Shown here: in pieces, positions 1 through 12,491 of the stretch
Position numbering within the stretch: position 1 is the first letter of the stretch
Layout: every line of letters begins with the position of its first letter
Origin: Hamiltosporidium tvaerminnensis FI-OER-3-3
Taxonomy: Eukaryota; Fungi; Microsporidia
Assembly (NCBI GenBank): GCA_022605425.2
Contig: JAKIMF020000001.1
Span: 1,550,001-1,614,000, forward strand
Length of the DNA: 64,000 nt
Direction of reading: 5' to 3'
The notes under the pieces: generated by a model
Database searches by the model: none
Told to the model about the DNA's origin: nothing
What the model saw: only the letters and a program-made list of their open reading frames with translations
Program-made: the position numbers and the translations under genes

Positions 1-422
1 CTGTAGATAAGACAAAATATGATGTCGAATTTTGTTTTTTTAGTAAAAATTACAAGCGAAAACATACTACCCGGATTTTTAGCCGATATTGTTATGAATA
101 TTTTGAATCTGAGACTATGGAAAAATTGGGTACCAAAAAAAATGCAATTAAGTGGTGGAATTATTTAAGTGATAAAAAAATTGCTGAATTGGTGGATATT
201 AGTCCATCAAAAATACTTCTCATGCAAAATTGGAATAATTTTATTTCTGATAAACGAATTGAAGCAAAAGAAATTAACTATTTTACTTGTATTAAAGAAT
301 TTGTTCTGAAAAATGAAGCTACAGAAGATATTTTAGATTTTCTTTATATTCTGGCTGGTAAATCTGTAATTTCATTGGAAGAACTCGTTTCTATTGTCAA
401 TGAAAAAGTCAGTTTAATTTGA
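1..422 (+). CDS. 3' part of a VEFS-box (SUZ12/VRN2/EMF2-like) protein, 5'-truncated by the window edge
   Basis: The frame of ORF 117..422 is open back to nt 3 (VDKTKYDVEFCFFSKNYKRKHTTRIFSRYCYEYFESETM...). The segment W..LSDKKIAELVDISPSKILLMQNWNNFI..KR...C..FV matches by eye the VEFS-box pattern (W....I.EF.DV...EK..M..WN.FV...R....C..F). Confidence 0.55.
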   Translation, partial: VDKTKYDVEFCFFSKNYKRKHTTRIFSRYCYEYFESETMEKLGTKKNAIKWWNYLSDKKIAELVDISPSKILLMQNWNNFISDKRIEAKEINYFTCIKEFVLKNEATEDILDFLYILAGKSVISLEELVSIVNEKVSLI

Positions 423-1899
423 TTTTTTTAAAAATATTTTTCTACTTAATATGGTATTTAAATATTAAAGAAGAGAAAAATTATTCTTTAGTTTAAATTT
501 ACTTTCTTTATTTTTTATATCAATTTAGCAGTTTTTTTTAGTATTTTTATAAAATTTCAATCTTTCAGTGAACAATTTATAAGAAATTGGTGTATGAATA
601 TTTATTTTTCGATTAATTTCTACAGTATTTTACCTTAAATGAGAAAAAAAATCTCGCAAAAATTTTTCTCTTTAAGAATCAATAAAAAAACCAATTTCTC
701 AATGGGAAATCAATTTAATCAGTTTTGAAAGACCAAAAATATTATTATTTCCGTGAATAAATCCATTTTAATTGACATATTTTTATAAAAGAAAATAATA
801 TTTTAACTATTAGATTAGAAGAGCTTTAATATACTAAAGATCTTTGTAATTTTTAGTTAGTAAAAATTATAAACTCAATATTTTGATTTAAAAATAAATT
901 ACGAAACCATTTATTGTTATGGCATCTACTTTAATTTTTAGATTTCGAGTTTATTCATTTATTGTTCAAAAAAAGACTTTTTTTGTAACATTTTTTATTA
1001 ATAGTTTTAGTGTTGGTTTAAAGTGTAAAAAAACGATTTTCAAATATGATTCGCAATTATACAGTAAATTTAAGAGCTTTTTTAATTTGGTTGCATTGAA
1101 TTTTTTATTTTAGAATATGTTTTTCAGTAAAAGACAAACCAATTAGAAACAAATTTATGTTTGTAAAAAAATAAAAAATTTATCTATAAAGCACTAGAAT
1201 CTTATATCGAAAAAATTAAACATTTTTTTGGTTTTAAAAATCTTTATTTGATAAAATAATGATAGAATTGTCACAAGAGATATTAAAATATGAAGAAAAG
1301 AAAATAAAATTTGGCACAATCATATAAATATAAATATAATTTATATTTAATTTATGTATTACTTTTAGGCTATCAAAAAACTGATTATATTGATTTGGGA
1401 TCCGAAAAAAAACATAAAATAATCTTTTATAACTTGAAATTAGAAAAAATGAGCTTGGAAATTTATAAATAAAATGTTTTCAATCAGGTATAAAATTATA
1501 GATAATAAAAAGTTAATCCCTCTCTAATCTAGAAAAAATTCATGTTCTTCGTTTGTTCAAAAATAAAATCAGATGCTGATTTTGTTTTAATTATTTAGTT
1601 ACTTTTGCCACAGAAGTATATTTTATCTTCATTTTTAAATGCGTAGCCTGTTAAAAATTGATTGGAATTTCAGTCAAATTCTCCATACGAGTTCATATAT
1701 GTTATTTAGATATATATAAAATGTTTTAAACTCAATGTTTTAGACTTCAAACGAAATTTTTAATTATCTTCTTAAATATTAAATCAAAAACACTGAATTT
1801 TTGATGAATTAAACCATTCTGTATGATTATGATAAAGTTATTATATTGAAAAAAAATAATCTTATTTTATCACATAATTAATTATTTCTAAAAAATCTA

Positions 1900-2610
1900 A
1901 TGCGGAAAGAGGATAACCACATAAAAAGCTTACTGCTGACAATGAGTATGAAGTTTATGTCAAGATCATTGTTTGGATTTTTAGTTAGAATAAAACCGCA
2001 AGATAATTTGAGTTTTTGCATTACAGTTTGTATGAGAAGGAAAAAGTCTACAAAACGACACAACCTTTTCTACAAATATATTTTTCAGTTTAAATGTAAC
2101 TAGATCAGATACCGCAGCTAAACCTGAACAAAATTTATATCTGAAAGCATGGAAACCTAGCCTTGTTCACTTGAGATAGAAGACTTAGCACCTAGGATAT
2201 ATAAAACTAAAATCCTTTGCAGCCTGGAAAGCTACGATGAGATTATACCTGTTGTTATGACATTGCGCTGTCTATATGAACCACATGCAAGCCTCTATGT
2301 ATCTTAGCTAGAAGTTATTAGGTTCATGGGTGTGAGTATGTGATAATAATCAATATTCTCGAAGAGACAAGTGTGGGGTTAAAACCATATCACACTCCAT
2401 GTTACGGTATTTATGAACACCGGGCAACAGCCTTGCCTATAAATTAAGGTTTAAACATCTTTCTGAAAAAAAAGCTTGGTATGTAGGTATCATAGAGTGT
2501 GCCGATGTAATGTTGAGGAATTTTTTTTTAAACCTAGAAATGAGTTAATGTCATCAAAACAATGTAACATGCAAGTGTTTTTAAAAAGATATGATATTTT
2601 CAAAATAAAA
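1900..2610 (+). repeat. Copy 1 of a ~700-nt dispersed structured non-coding element
   Basis: Colinear similarity to 10930-11640, 32797-33522 (reverse complement), 42842-43562 and 51202-51927. Shared blocks: GGATAACCACATAAAAA, AAACCTAGCCTTG..CACT...AGAAGACTTAGC, ATGACATTGC, TCACACTCCATG, AAACCTAGAA, AAAAAGATRTGAT...AAATAAA. Confidence 0.9.
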
Positions 2611-3103
2611 AAAACTTGCATTCTAAAAACTCTAGAAGAAATAACCTTGGTAACATAATTGTTTTAACTTTTGTTGGTTCTATCGATCCAAAGAAGAAAA
2701 CATTGGATGTATTCAACTACAAAAATATTATTTTATTTTGATTTAAAGTGTGATAATTATGTCTAATATCCCAAATATTTGAATAATTATTATTTGGGTC
2801 GAATTATTCTCAAATGTAATTTTCATAAGTTTCTTGAACTGAGAATCTTCATTTAAAATATTCAAATACTTTTTTTATTAAATTCTAGTTTTCGACTATT
2901 TTCAAAGTTTACTTTATTCTGTTTCTCTAAATCAGGTTTCTCCAAACATTGACCTACCACAGCAGTCTACAAATTACCCACATCTACTGCTCACAATCTT
3001 TATATTGTGTGCTAGGTGTTTCTTTAAGCTAAAGAAAATGATAAAATTGCCTTATATTATACAAAAAATTTCAAATTAAGATATTTTTTAGTATATATTC
3101 GTA

Positions 3104-3172
3104 ATACTTACTTACTCACTCCGCGGTGCTACAGCTCCTGAAGAACCCGGGCCCTTAAGGATATTTCCCATT
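3104..3172 (-). mobile_element. RTE-clade LINE/SINE 3'-terminal stub with (AGTA)n tail
   Basis: Minus strand reads ...aagggcccgggttcttcaggagctgtagcaccgcggagtgagtaagtaagta. GCTGTAG(C/A)RCC followed by a short tandem tail is typical of RTE 3' ends. It is a GC-rich island in AT-rich DNA. Confidence 0.55.
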
Positions 3173-4727
3173 CATGAATTAGTAATATAAAGACAATTTA
3201 TTTGATTTTTAACATATTTTTAAACCATTGCATTTTTTTAATTGATTTATACCAAAAAAACAAAAATGAAATAATAAAAAATTGGTGGCATAATGTATTA
3301 GTAATGAATTTTGCGTAGTTAATATTTGTCTCTACTGACTTCTTAAAGTTTAGTCCAATATATTATCAGAAATTATCGTAAAAGTTTCAAGTGCATATAT
3401 CTTAATTTGTATCTATAAATATTATTTGTGTATTTCATTTCAGAGACTGTTTATTCACACAGATAGGTAGTGCTAAAAGCGGAAATAAATTATTGAACGA
3501 GTTTTTGAGGGGGATGACTAAATTGTGCAGTTGGAAGACTTATATAAAATTCTAGTAATTAATTTGAATATTTTTCTTTTGAACATCCGTATCAAAATTT
3601 TAACAATTGTTTGAGAAATATCAATAACAAACATCGAATAAATACTTTTCACTAAGTTGGTATAAAATCTAATGAGTTCTGGGTCCGTTAAATTTTTATA
3701 GAAGTCAATGTAACCTGCGAGCCAAAAAATTTGGCGACTCTTGCTCTAAATCCACCCTTGATTATATTATTGGTTGTGATCGAAAAGATACACTTTCTAA
3801 AATATCACATATTTTTTTTGGGTTTTACCTGTTTAACAGCATCATCTTCGAAACTTGGCTCCCATAATGAAGGTATTGGCTTTAATGAATTTGTATCTTG
3901 ATCTAACTAACGTTGATGCTCTCATCCAATTCTCTTCGGTACTTATTGGGACTAAATTTTTTAAGTTCTAAAGAAGATATCTCGAATGTTTTCTTGAGCA
4001 CTATCGACGGAATATATACCCCTATCTTTATGAGTAATGAGGTCTTTATAAGTACTTCTTATGATATTAGGCCATAATATCATTCCGAGTTATCACCTAA
4101 GACATTATCGCAACACCCCTCTTATAAATAAGACCCGGATTATTGGCTAATAAGTTACACTTTTTTGGTTTTAAAGTTTTAACCATTAAAATAGAATCCT
4201 TTTTCAAGTAACTTTATCTTGTTTTTTATTTTCTAAAATATATGAGTCTATCATTTCAAATTTAAAAATAAGTTTTAAATCTAGTTTCCGTAATTTTAAA
4301 TATCTAAATTTATTTAATTAAAAAAATGAAGCACAATTTAACCCTATTCTTACATATAAACTTAGATATATTCTAATTTATCATTTATTACTCCAATTTT
4401 CGAAAATTTTTATATTTCTTCAAACTATAGATAATTTGGATAATCTCTAGGATATATTTTATTGATCTTAAGAAAAATTCTTCTAATATTTTTTAATATT
4501 TTAATATTTTTATCATCTGAATTACTTAAACGATGTATTATTTCCAATCTTAAACAACTTTGAACATTTTTTTTATCAAATTATATGGGTAAATATTTTG
4601 AATTTAATCAAATTTTTTATGTTTACTTCTGAGTAGAAAAAGGAAGTATCTTTAATATGTTTTTCTATATTCAAATTTAAAAGTAATAGTATATACGAAT
4701 GTTTATTGAAAGCAGCAAAAAGAATCT

Positions 4728-6485
4728 ATGAGTTTCAATAAAAAAAATTTAAAACTGTTTCAAAAAATAACAAAACCTTTTCAAGAAATTGTAAACAAAA
4801 CCATGAAAAATAACGAAAGAAGAGAATTAACAAGATTTTATGATCTCATTAAAAGAAAAGATTATAAAAAAATAGAGATGTCACTAAATACGATATCTAA
4901 AATAAATGCGACTGCTATTTCAGATCCTAAAGATTTGGATTTATTGAAACAATATACTAAAAACAAAGAAATCTTAAAAATAATTATGAGAAATGATATA
5001 AAATTCTTACTTTGTAATAAAAGGAAAATCCACAAAGAGATGATAAATACCGTATTGTATCTCGATAATGCTTATATTAAAGAAATTAAAGATATCATGA
5101 TAGATAATATTATTATTCAAAAGTATGAAAATTATGTATATTCTATGAAATCAAATATAAGAAAATTGTGCGAATTGAAGAAAGCCATTGACTGGTTTGA
5201 GAATTCATTGGATAGTTTAAGGCTGAATGAATCTGATATTCCTCCTCAATGGAATCTTGAAGGCGAGTTTGTATTTAAATTTTGTGTGCTAACGAAGCAG
5301 ATTATTTGTAATATTATTTTCCATAACAATATTGATAATAAAGACTATTTAGACGGATTAAAATATATTTTAGAATTCGAAAAGAAATATTGCAATCACA
5401 TTTTCAGCGATAATTGTTGTGAAAATAATAATAATACAAATAATGATAAAAATAAAAAGATAATTTTTAAAAACACTGGCGTTGAACTTGTTGAAGATAA
5501 TAAATCGAGTTTGAATGATCCCTTAGATGTAGAAACCGATACAAAAATAACCAAAAAAGATTTAGAAGATTTAAAAAAAAATTGCAAACATCGAAAGATG
5601 TTATCACAGATATTTATTCCTTATATAGAAATATACGTTAAATTTCTTTTTATTGAAGCTCGTAAAATAGAAATGGATCAATCAAAAAAGGAAATGAAGA
5701 TCGTTTGCGGATTTATAGAATTTTTCAGAATTATAGGTGAAATATTTTTGGAAATACAATATTTTGAATCTGAGAAAATTTATGAATATTTTTTGGCTGA
5801 AGTCAATTCAATTGCGATTAGATTTATAGAAAAAATAGAACATAAAAGAAACTTCAAAGAAGCTGTTTTAATTCTAAACACATTTTCTTACGTAGAAAGT
5901 ACTTCAGTTGATCTCTTTAAAAAAATTTACGAAAAAAACAATAAAATATGTTGTGAAAATGTGATTCAGAAAGAACTTCGTTTAAAGGAGGCACAAGAGT
6001 ATACATTTATAGATAAATATTATCAGAAGTACTTTAAACAGCTTGAATTGTCGGACAAGAATCTAAAATTTTCAGAATTTTTATCAAATTTTTTACAAAA
6101 TGAAATTTTCGGGGCCGATCTTTTAGGAATCAGCGAGGATGTAATGCTTTTTTTGCTTGAACTTTCTATTTCATTTATATTTTCAAAAATTATGTTCTTA
6201 AAGTTAAATACGTCAAAAGCTGAACAGCTTTTGTTTGAAGTTTCTGATTTCAAAAATATACATCGCAACAAACTTATTTATGTTCCACTTATTTCGATGT
6301 TGGAAAAATATTTAAAAATATTTCTCTGTAATCCCAACGATACTGAAACCTTCATTACAAATTTTTTTCATTTTTCCTCTGGATCTTTCTCATTTTCACA
6401 AATAATCTCTGTTTTAGAGGATGCAAAGAATAATGTAAATCTTTTTGTACGATATAAAGTAAGAGTGAAAGATAAAAATAAGTAA
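4728..6485 (+). CDS. VPS53: GARP complex subunit Vps53 homolog
   Basis: 585-aa ORF with Vps53-like motifs: DWF.......IPPQWN.....KFC.LTK, LILNTFSY, AEQLLFEV. Confidence 0.7.
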   Translation: MSFNKKNLKLFQKITKPFQEIVNKTMKNNERRELTRFYDLIKRKDYKKIEMSLNTISKINATAISDPKDLDLLKQYTKNKEILKIIMRNDIKFLLCNKRKIHKEMINTVLYLDNAYIKEIKDIMIDNIIIQKYENYVYSMKSNIRKLCELKKAIDWFENSLDSLRLNESDIPPQWNLEGEFVFKFCVLTKQIICNIIFHNNIDNKDYLDGLKYILEFEKKYCNHIFSDNCCENNNNTNNDKNKKIIFKNTGVELVEDNKSSLNDPLDVETDTKITKKDLEDLKKNCKHRKMLSQIFIPYIEIYVKFLFIEARKIEMDQSKKEMKIVCGFIEFFRIIGEIFLEIQYFESEKIYEYFLAEVNSIAIRFIEKIEHKRNFKEAVLILNTFSYVESTSVDLFKKIYEKNNKICCENVIQKELRLKEAQEYTFIDKYYQKYFKQLELSDKNLKFSEFLSNFLQNEIFGADLLGISEDVMLFLLELSISFIFSKIMFLKLNTSKAEQLLFEVSDFKNIHRNKLIYVPLISMLEKYLKIFLCNPNDTETFITNFFHFSSGSFSFSQIISVLEDAKNNVNLFVRYKVRVKDKNK

Positions 6486-6581
6486 ATTATAACATATTTC
6501 ATTCGAAATAATTCAAAAAATCAAGAAAAAAATAGAAAATTTCAAATTTTATGGTTTTCTAAGTAAATAAAGAAGTATTTT

Positions 6582-7340
6582 TTAATTATAACAACCTTTT
6601 TCGGATGCTGTTTTTTTTATATTGAAAGCTTTAGCAACTTTTAGGTATATTTTATATCTATTTTTGCTTATCTCAACATTATTTTTACCATTTTCTACTG
6701 TTCCATTGATAGCTTTAGTTGTTGCACCAAAATATTTCTTTTTAACTTTTGGATAAGGTCTTACGAATAATAACCAATAACAGGCAGAAACATCAGCAGC
6801 TATTTTAATATCGGTACAAACAAGTTCAGGTTCGTCTAAAAGCTTATACCCCATACCAAGTTCATTAGATATTCGCGCATAATTTTTTGGCCATGTAATT
6901 TGTAAAAAGCCTCTTCCGTGATATGATTTATCTTTTCTACCCATTCCATCATCATATATTTGTTTATCAAAATCAGGATTTTCTACTGCGTATCTTTCTT
7001 CCAAATATTTTAAACCCCCAGTTTCATGGATAATATGCGCCAAAAACATAGCAGATTCTTCTTTATTTTGTATTTTATCATTCATGGATCTACACAATTC
7101 CGTAACATATAAAGTATTTGGTGGCTCAAACCCGCAGCTACTGATAGCATCAAATATTTCTTTACTCGTAATTAAATTATTCTTTTTTGGAAATAATTTA
7201 TGATAAAATCTTTTAAAGAAATTATGTTTTTCAGGAGTTTTTTCTTCTGGTACATCATCTAATTTATTATTGAATACATCTTCTTTTACTCTATCGTCTT
7301 TTCCGTTTTGTAATATTTTGGTCTTTTTGTTCAGAACCAT
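6582..7340 (-). CDS. Glycoside hydrolase family 19 endochitinase
   Basis: GH19 motifs AMFLAHIIHETGGLKYLEE, YHGRGFLQITWPKNY and ATTKAING. First ATG is at 7340 (the track starts at TTG 7346). Confidence 0.9.
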   Translation of the reverse strand: MVLNKKTKILQNGKDDRVKEDVFNNKLDDVPEEKTPEKHNFFKRFYHKLFPKKNNLITSKEIFDAISSCGFEPPNTLYVTELCRSMNDKIQNKEESAMFLAHIIHETGGLKYLEERYAVENPDFDKQIYDDGMGRKDKSYHGRGFLQITWPKNYARISNELGMGYKLLDEPELVCTDIKIAADVSACYWLLFVRPYPKVKKKYFGATTKAINGTVENGKNNVEISKNRYKIYLKVAKAFNIKKTASEKGCYN

Positions 7341-9557
7341 GTTCAAGGATGCTTGTTTATTTATTTATCTTATACATGTTTCAAAAAACATCAATGAATG
7401 AAATTTTTGATAATAAAGCATTTTTTCATGTCAAAATATTAATTTTTGAATAATTTAACAAATAAAAGATAGATTTGTACTGATTTGACGAAAAACTTTT
7501 TTATAATATGTTACTCAATATTTAGATTGAATTAGGGATTAACATTGTAAAAGTAATCACTTTTAATGAAATTATGTAAAATTATTGTTTAAATTAAACT
7601 TATAGGAGTATTCATTGTTTTGTACTGTAACGATGTAACTAAATATAAATCGAATAACATTTATTTCTGATAAATGCAGAAATATTTAATAAAATCGTGG
7701 GGGAACACATATTCTTACTTTTAAATAATTTTCCTACCATTTTAACAACCAACTGATAAATTTAAAAACGAAAAATAAAAACTACTGGATTTGGAATATT
7801 TTCATTTAAACTTTTAATAGAGCAGTTTTTTAAATTTTTAAGCGTAGAATAATTCACATTAAATATTAACCGTTATTCAAACAAATAATTTCGAAGTTTT
7901 TTTTATCCTGGAAAATCTTGAGAAAATTTAATCCGACTTTATAATCGCAAAATATATTTTATAAATTGGAATGGTTATAAGATGATTAATAATATATTAT
8001 TTCAACCGGTATAAATCTAAAACACGATTGTAAAAATGTAAGAAATAAAATATATTAACTGAAAAATTCTGCTTCTTTATTATATTAAGACTATCTAAAA
8101 GATACAGAAATCTTCCTAAAAAATTATTTAAACTATTATCAAATATATTCTAAAAAATCTAATATAATATGTAAACTAATAATTAGAGGAATTTAGGTTG
8201 ATGTAATTTAAAATTTCATTAATTTATGAATTAATATTTCAGAGAGATATTAATCATTCGAAAAAGCGATCTGATGTATTTGAAAACAGGTTAATTTTCA
8301 AATAATTAAAAAAATCCCTTCTAGGGTCTGCTAATGGGATACAAAATGCATAGCAAATAGCAAACTATAGTCACAAATAAGCCATTAATTAAATAGTTCT
8401 TCGTATTTTTTCATTGCCATATTCCACATTCGCCATCGAGCTGTATTTATTTCATTTAAAATTTACTAAAATAATTATATTTAAAATATACTATTAAAAT
8501 ATCTTAAAATTTTAAATATTAAAATCTAATATTATTAAACAACCAAGAAATTCTTTGAATTGCTTGAGCAAAAATTAAATTATTTTTAATTTTAGTGCTT
8601 TTAATTTTAACATACAAATAATTTTTCACTTGCTTAAATTATTGGTTATGAATGATTGTATCACAGCTTTTTATGGTAATTATTACTAGTAGAGTTCGTA
8701 ATTCATTCAAATCATTAAAATATTTTTCTGTTAAAATTACAATGCTAATTCGAATCAAAATTACGATATGAAGAGTAGTTTGCAGTATTCTTCAATTATT
8801 TAAAAGAACTAACTATGAAACCGAATTTAAATATATATTGATAGATATAAAAATCTAAAAATGATAAAAGCCAAAGTTGAAATATAAAGTTTATTAGTCA
8901 TAAATATAAAGATCAAATATATTCGAAATCATATAGAGTACCAAATTCAAATTTAAATTTAAAATTAAGAATAAAAAATAAAAATTTTGAAAATATAAAT
9001 CTAATTACAAACAAAAGTACATAATAGATGAAAAAATAGGTGTGGATCTTTAAAATATGTGGTCTAACGATATATTTCATTGCATTTTTCAAATTATAGA
9101 AATTCATAAAATTATTAACAAATATCTTTTTTCTTATATCAATTTCAAGTTTTAATAATATAATCGGAATGGAAGCATTTAAATTTTCGAATATTCACTT
9201 CTTCTTAAATTTTTTTTAATTAAGTATCACGACTAAATTGGTAAATTACAATATATTAGACCAAAAAAGGAGTAATTAAAACAAAAAAATAATAACTGTG
9301 ATTATATTATAAAAAACTAAAATCCAAAGAATTATATAATCCGTGAGAAACCGATAGTATTTTATGGAAAAAAAATGATTTAATCTAAAATTTTTAATTA
9401 ACCCATTTAGCTTTATATGATTTAGCCACAACCATAGAATAAATCCAAGACCGATTTTGCATTTTTTTTGTCCTTCAATTATTTTCTTAATCTGTCATGT
9501 ATAAATAAAATATACAAACTGCATGAGAATGATTTAGTAAATTTATTTTTCAAAACT

Positions 9558-10019
9558 TTACATTTTTTTTATTTTCTTCGGTGTGAGAAAGACATTTATA
9601 ATTTTATTAAATATGTATCCAGTTAATAATCCAGAGATTACTTCTATTTTGGTGTGATGGCAGTAAAACACTCTTGATATTGATCCAACAAAACAAAATA
9701 TAAAATTGAACCAAGTTGGATTTGAAAAGAAATGGAATGAAAAATATGCAGCGTGTGAACTTGGAAAAGCATATTTAGATCCAATCTTTGACAGTAAGTT
9801 TTTCAAAACGAGATAAACCAAGTTTTCACTCTGTATGTTTTCATGTTTAATTCGTCGATTAATTCTAAAAATTTCTTTTAAAATTGTTGAAAATGCCATG
9901 TTAAGTAAAATCTTTGATGCAGTTAAAATTTTATTTGTATTTCGCGTAAATATGCCAGTTATGTGATAGAATAATAATATTATCGGTGCAATTCCAAATG
10001 TTAGATTTATTATGTACAT
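9558..10019 (-). CDS. PAP2-family lipid phosphatase (dolichyl-pyrophosphate phosphatase CWH8/DOLPP1-like)
   Basis: PAP2 motifs K(x6)R-like, FPSSHA and SRVFYCHHT, plus hydrophobic helices. ATG at 10019 is preceded by CCCC (10025-10028 on the minus strand), so the GTG start at 10058 is unlikely. Confidence 0.8.
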   Translation of the reverse strand: MYIINLTFGIAPIILLFYHITGIFTRNTNKILTASKILLNMAFSTILKEIFRINRRIKHENIQSENLVYLVLKNLLSKIGSKYAFPSSHAAYFSFHFFSNPTWFNFIFCFVGSISRVFYCHHTKIEVISGLLTGYIFNKIINVFLTPKKIKKM

Positions 10020-10693
10020 TTCGAGGGGTCTTATTTTTTGACCTTTTATATTTTTCACGATAAAATATAACCCCTTATTTTTAAAAATATCTTATTGGTT
10101 GGTGATTAGAAGAATAAATTTTAAATATGATATTGTTGAGCAATATTGAAAGAAAAAGATGCCAAAGACTTGTTGTTTTATTTATATCACAAAAAGAAAA
10201 TTTTTGGAAATTTCTAGAAATTTTATTTCCTCCTAGAAATTTATACATCTTTAATTAACTTACGAAGTTAAGAAACATGTGTAACTTTATATATGATAAT
10301 AGGTATTTAAAAACATATTTTTACAAATAAAATAATCTAGTGAAGTATTTTATTTGTATAAACGCACTTTAATTTACGCTATTTTTCCGATATAAATATG
10401 CCTATAATGTCAAAAATAAATTTAAATAATTTATTATCTACGAAATAATACAAGCAATATAATATTTGAAATTCAAACAAGATCAGTTATAATTTTTTTA
10501 TATTTTTCGAGGCTGATGTTATTTAGCGATCCTTATTATAATAGATGATTGGAATCGAATATTACCGGCAAAATAATGAATTAGCTGCTTACTTATCTAT
10601 TTCTAAAAAACAAACACAAATCTAAGTTTTTAAGTCTTAACAGGCACCAATTATTTGATATTCTTATAATAAAACATGCAGAATGAAAATGGA

Positions 10694-10915
10694 AGTTTAA
10701 ATAAAAATGAAATAAAAATTTTGAATAATAAACTTATAATTCAGTTTAAATAAAAATGAAATAAAAATTTTGAATAATAAACTTATAATTCAGTTTAAAG
10801 AAAAATGAAATAAAAATTTTGAATAATAAACTTATAATTCAGTTTAAATAAAAATGAAATAAAAATTTTGAATAATAAACTTATAATTCAGTTTAAATAA
10901 AAATGAAATAAAAAT
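10694..10915. repeat. Minisatellite, 49-bp unit x ~4.5
   Basis: Unit agtttaaataaaaatgaaataaaaattttgaataataaacttataattc starts at 10694, 10743, 10792, 10841 and 10890 (partial). Confidence 0.95.
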
Positions 10916-10929
10916 GTATGGCCATAAAA

Positions 10930-11640
10930 TTCTAGGGAAAATTACAACTTAAACAAATCTGATTGGAAATGAATAGTAGCAATTGGTGTGAAAATCGTTT
11001 ATTTAAATTTCTATTGAAATGAGGGTCACAAAAATTTCAGGTTGTTTCATGGAAATATGTATATTGAAAGGAACGTCTCCAAAGGGATGAAAAGACTTCT
11101 ACAAACTTAGGTTGTATTCATATGTAACTAGATTGAAAACCACGGCTGAACTTGTAGGTAATTACCATGTAAAAGCACGAACAACTAGCTTTTTTACTTG
11201 GTTTAGAAGACTTAGTGCTTGGGAGATACAGAAATAGATACTCTTTAAAAAACGGGGAAAGCTAATTAGCAGTTTATATTTGTTGGTATGGCATTGCAAA
11301 GCTAAGATGATCCCAAAATAAGTCGTAGTGTTAATTATCGGCAGGATATATATTCGATTCGGTAATATAGAGTAGGTTTAAGTACTTTTAGTCTTAAGTG
11401 AGCCCAAGGCGGGTTTATACTTACGATCATACTCCAGTCAACGGACATTTATCAACCCCAGCTAAATACCTTGCTAATTTATCGAGATTCATATCCTTTG
11501 GAATCTAGGCTCCTCTGTAGGGTAACAATAGTGTGTAGGGGTCCAGTTATTTATCTCAAACCAGAACTCTGTTGATGGCATGCGAAAAATATGGCTCATA
11601 GCATATTTTTAAAAAGATGTAATATTCTTTAAATTAAAAT
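10930..11640 (+). repeat. Copy 2 (most diverged) of the ~700-nt structured element
   Basis: Shared blocks gtaggtaattaccatgtaaaagca, ggtttagaagacttagtgc, tgttggtatggcattgc, tacgatcatactcca, aaaccagaact, aaaaagatgtaatatt. Confidence 0.85.
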
Positions 11641-11708
11641 ATGAATGTTTGCAAACACCAAATGAATTTATTTACTAAATATCTCTTTAACTATTAAATA
11701 TGTATTTA

Positions 11709-12491
11709 TTACTCTTTTAATGTGTTTATATGTTCAAACATTTTATCGATTTCAATATTATTCAAATTAACTGTTAACATATTATTTTCGTTATTTTTAA
11801 ATATTTCATGATCAAAAAAATCAACTAAATAACTGTTAAATATGTTAATATCTTTAATAAAATATTTTTTAGTTGATTTTTCGTATAAATCTTTCATATT
11901 CAAGTCATTTTTTTCTTTTTTTGCTTCCAAAATCAATTTAAAAATATTTTTTGATCTTTTGGACACGTTGTTATATACGCATATGGCATTTTCCAACCTT
12001 TTTGTTTCTGTATGAAATTTCATATCAATTATTTCTTCAGTATATGGCTCATATGTGGTAAGATCACGCAATATAAAATTATATTCATCTAAATCTTCAA
12101 GATCAAAATCAATATCTATATTGTCTAAAGTTCCAATAATTTTAATATTTCTAAAACCATTGAAGACCGATAATCTAAAAAAGTCAAAATTAAGAAATAT
12201 GAGAACAATTTTTATATTTTTTTCATATAATTTTGCATCTAAAATTTTAATAAAATTTTTATGATTTTCCGGTAAATATATTTTATATTTTGTTTTTACA
12301 GTACTTTTTATTAAATTAAAAATTTCAGATTGATTCATAATTTTCGTATTGAAAATAAGTGCATTGGTAAATATCTTACTAAGAATCTTCTTTTTACATC
12401 CATATCCATAAAAAAGAATGTTGAAATCTTCAATTATCAGATTGTATTCTTCTTTACATTTTAAATGAAAATTTTCTAATTTATTCGACAT
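11709..12491 (-). CDS. ORC2: Origin recognition complex subunit 2 (reduced)
   Basis: ORC2 signature motifs FNILFYGYGCKK, IIGTLDNI and DLTTYEPYTEE. Confidence 0.85.
   Translation of the reverse strand: MSNKLENFHLKCKEEYNLIIEDFNILFYGYGCKKKILSKIFTNALIFNTKIMNQSEIFNLIKSTVKTKYKIYLPENHKNFIKILDAKLYEKNIKIVLIFLNFDFFRLSVFNGFRNIKIIGTLDNIDIDFDLEDLDEYNFILRDLTTYEPYTEEIIDMKFHTETKRLENAICVYNNVSKRSKNIFKLILEAKKEKNDLNMKDLYEKSTKKYFIKDINIFNSYLVDFFDHEIFKNNENNMLTVNLNNIEIDKMFEHINTLKE

Noticed and set aside
3660-4150. Slightly GC-richer stretch, possibly a decayed TE or gene
   Set aside because: No ORF, no motif and no second copy recognised in the window.
10694-10915. Tandem arrays (also 27581, 31122, 34684, 61505) as CRISPR arrays
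   Set aside because: The units are head-to-tail with no unique spacers, there are no cas genes, and the context is eukaryotic.
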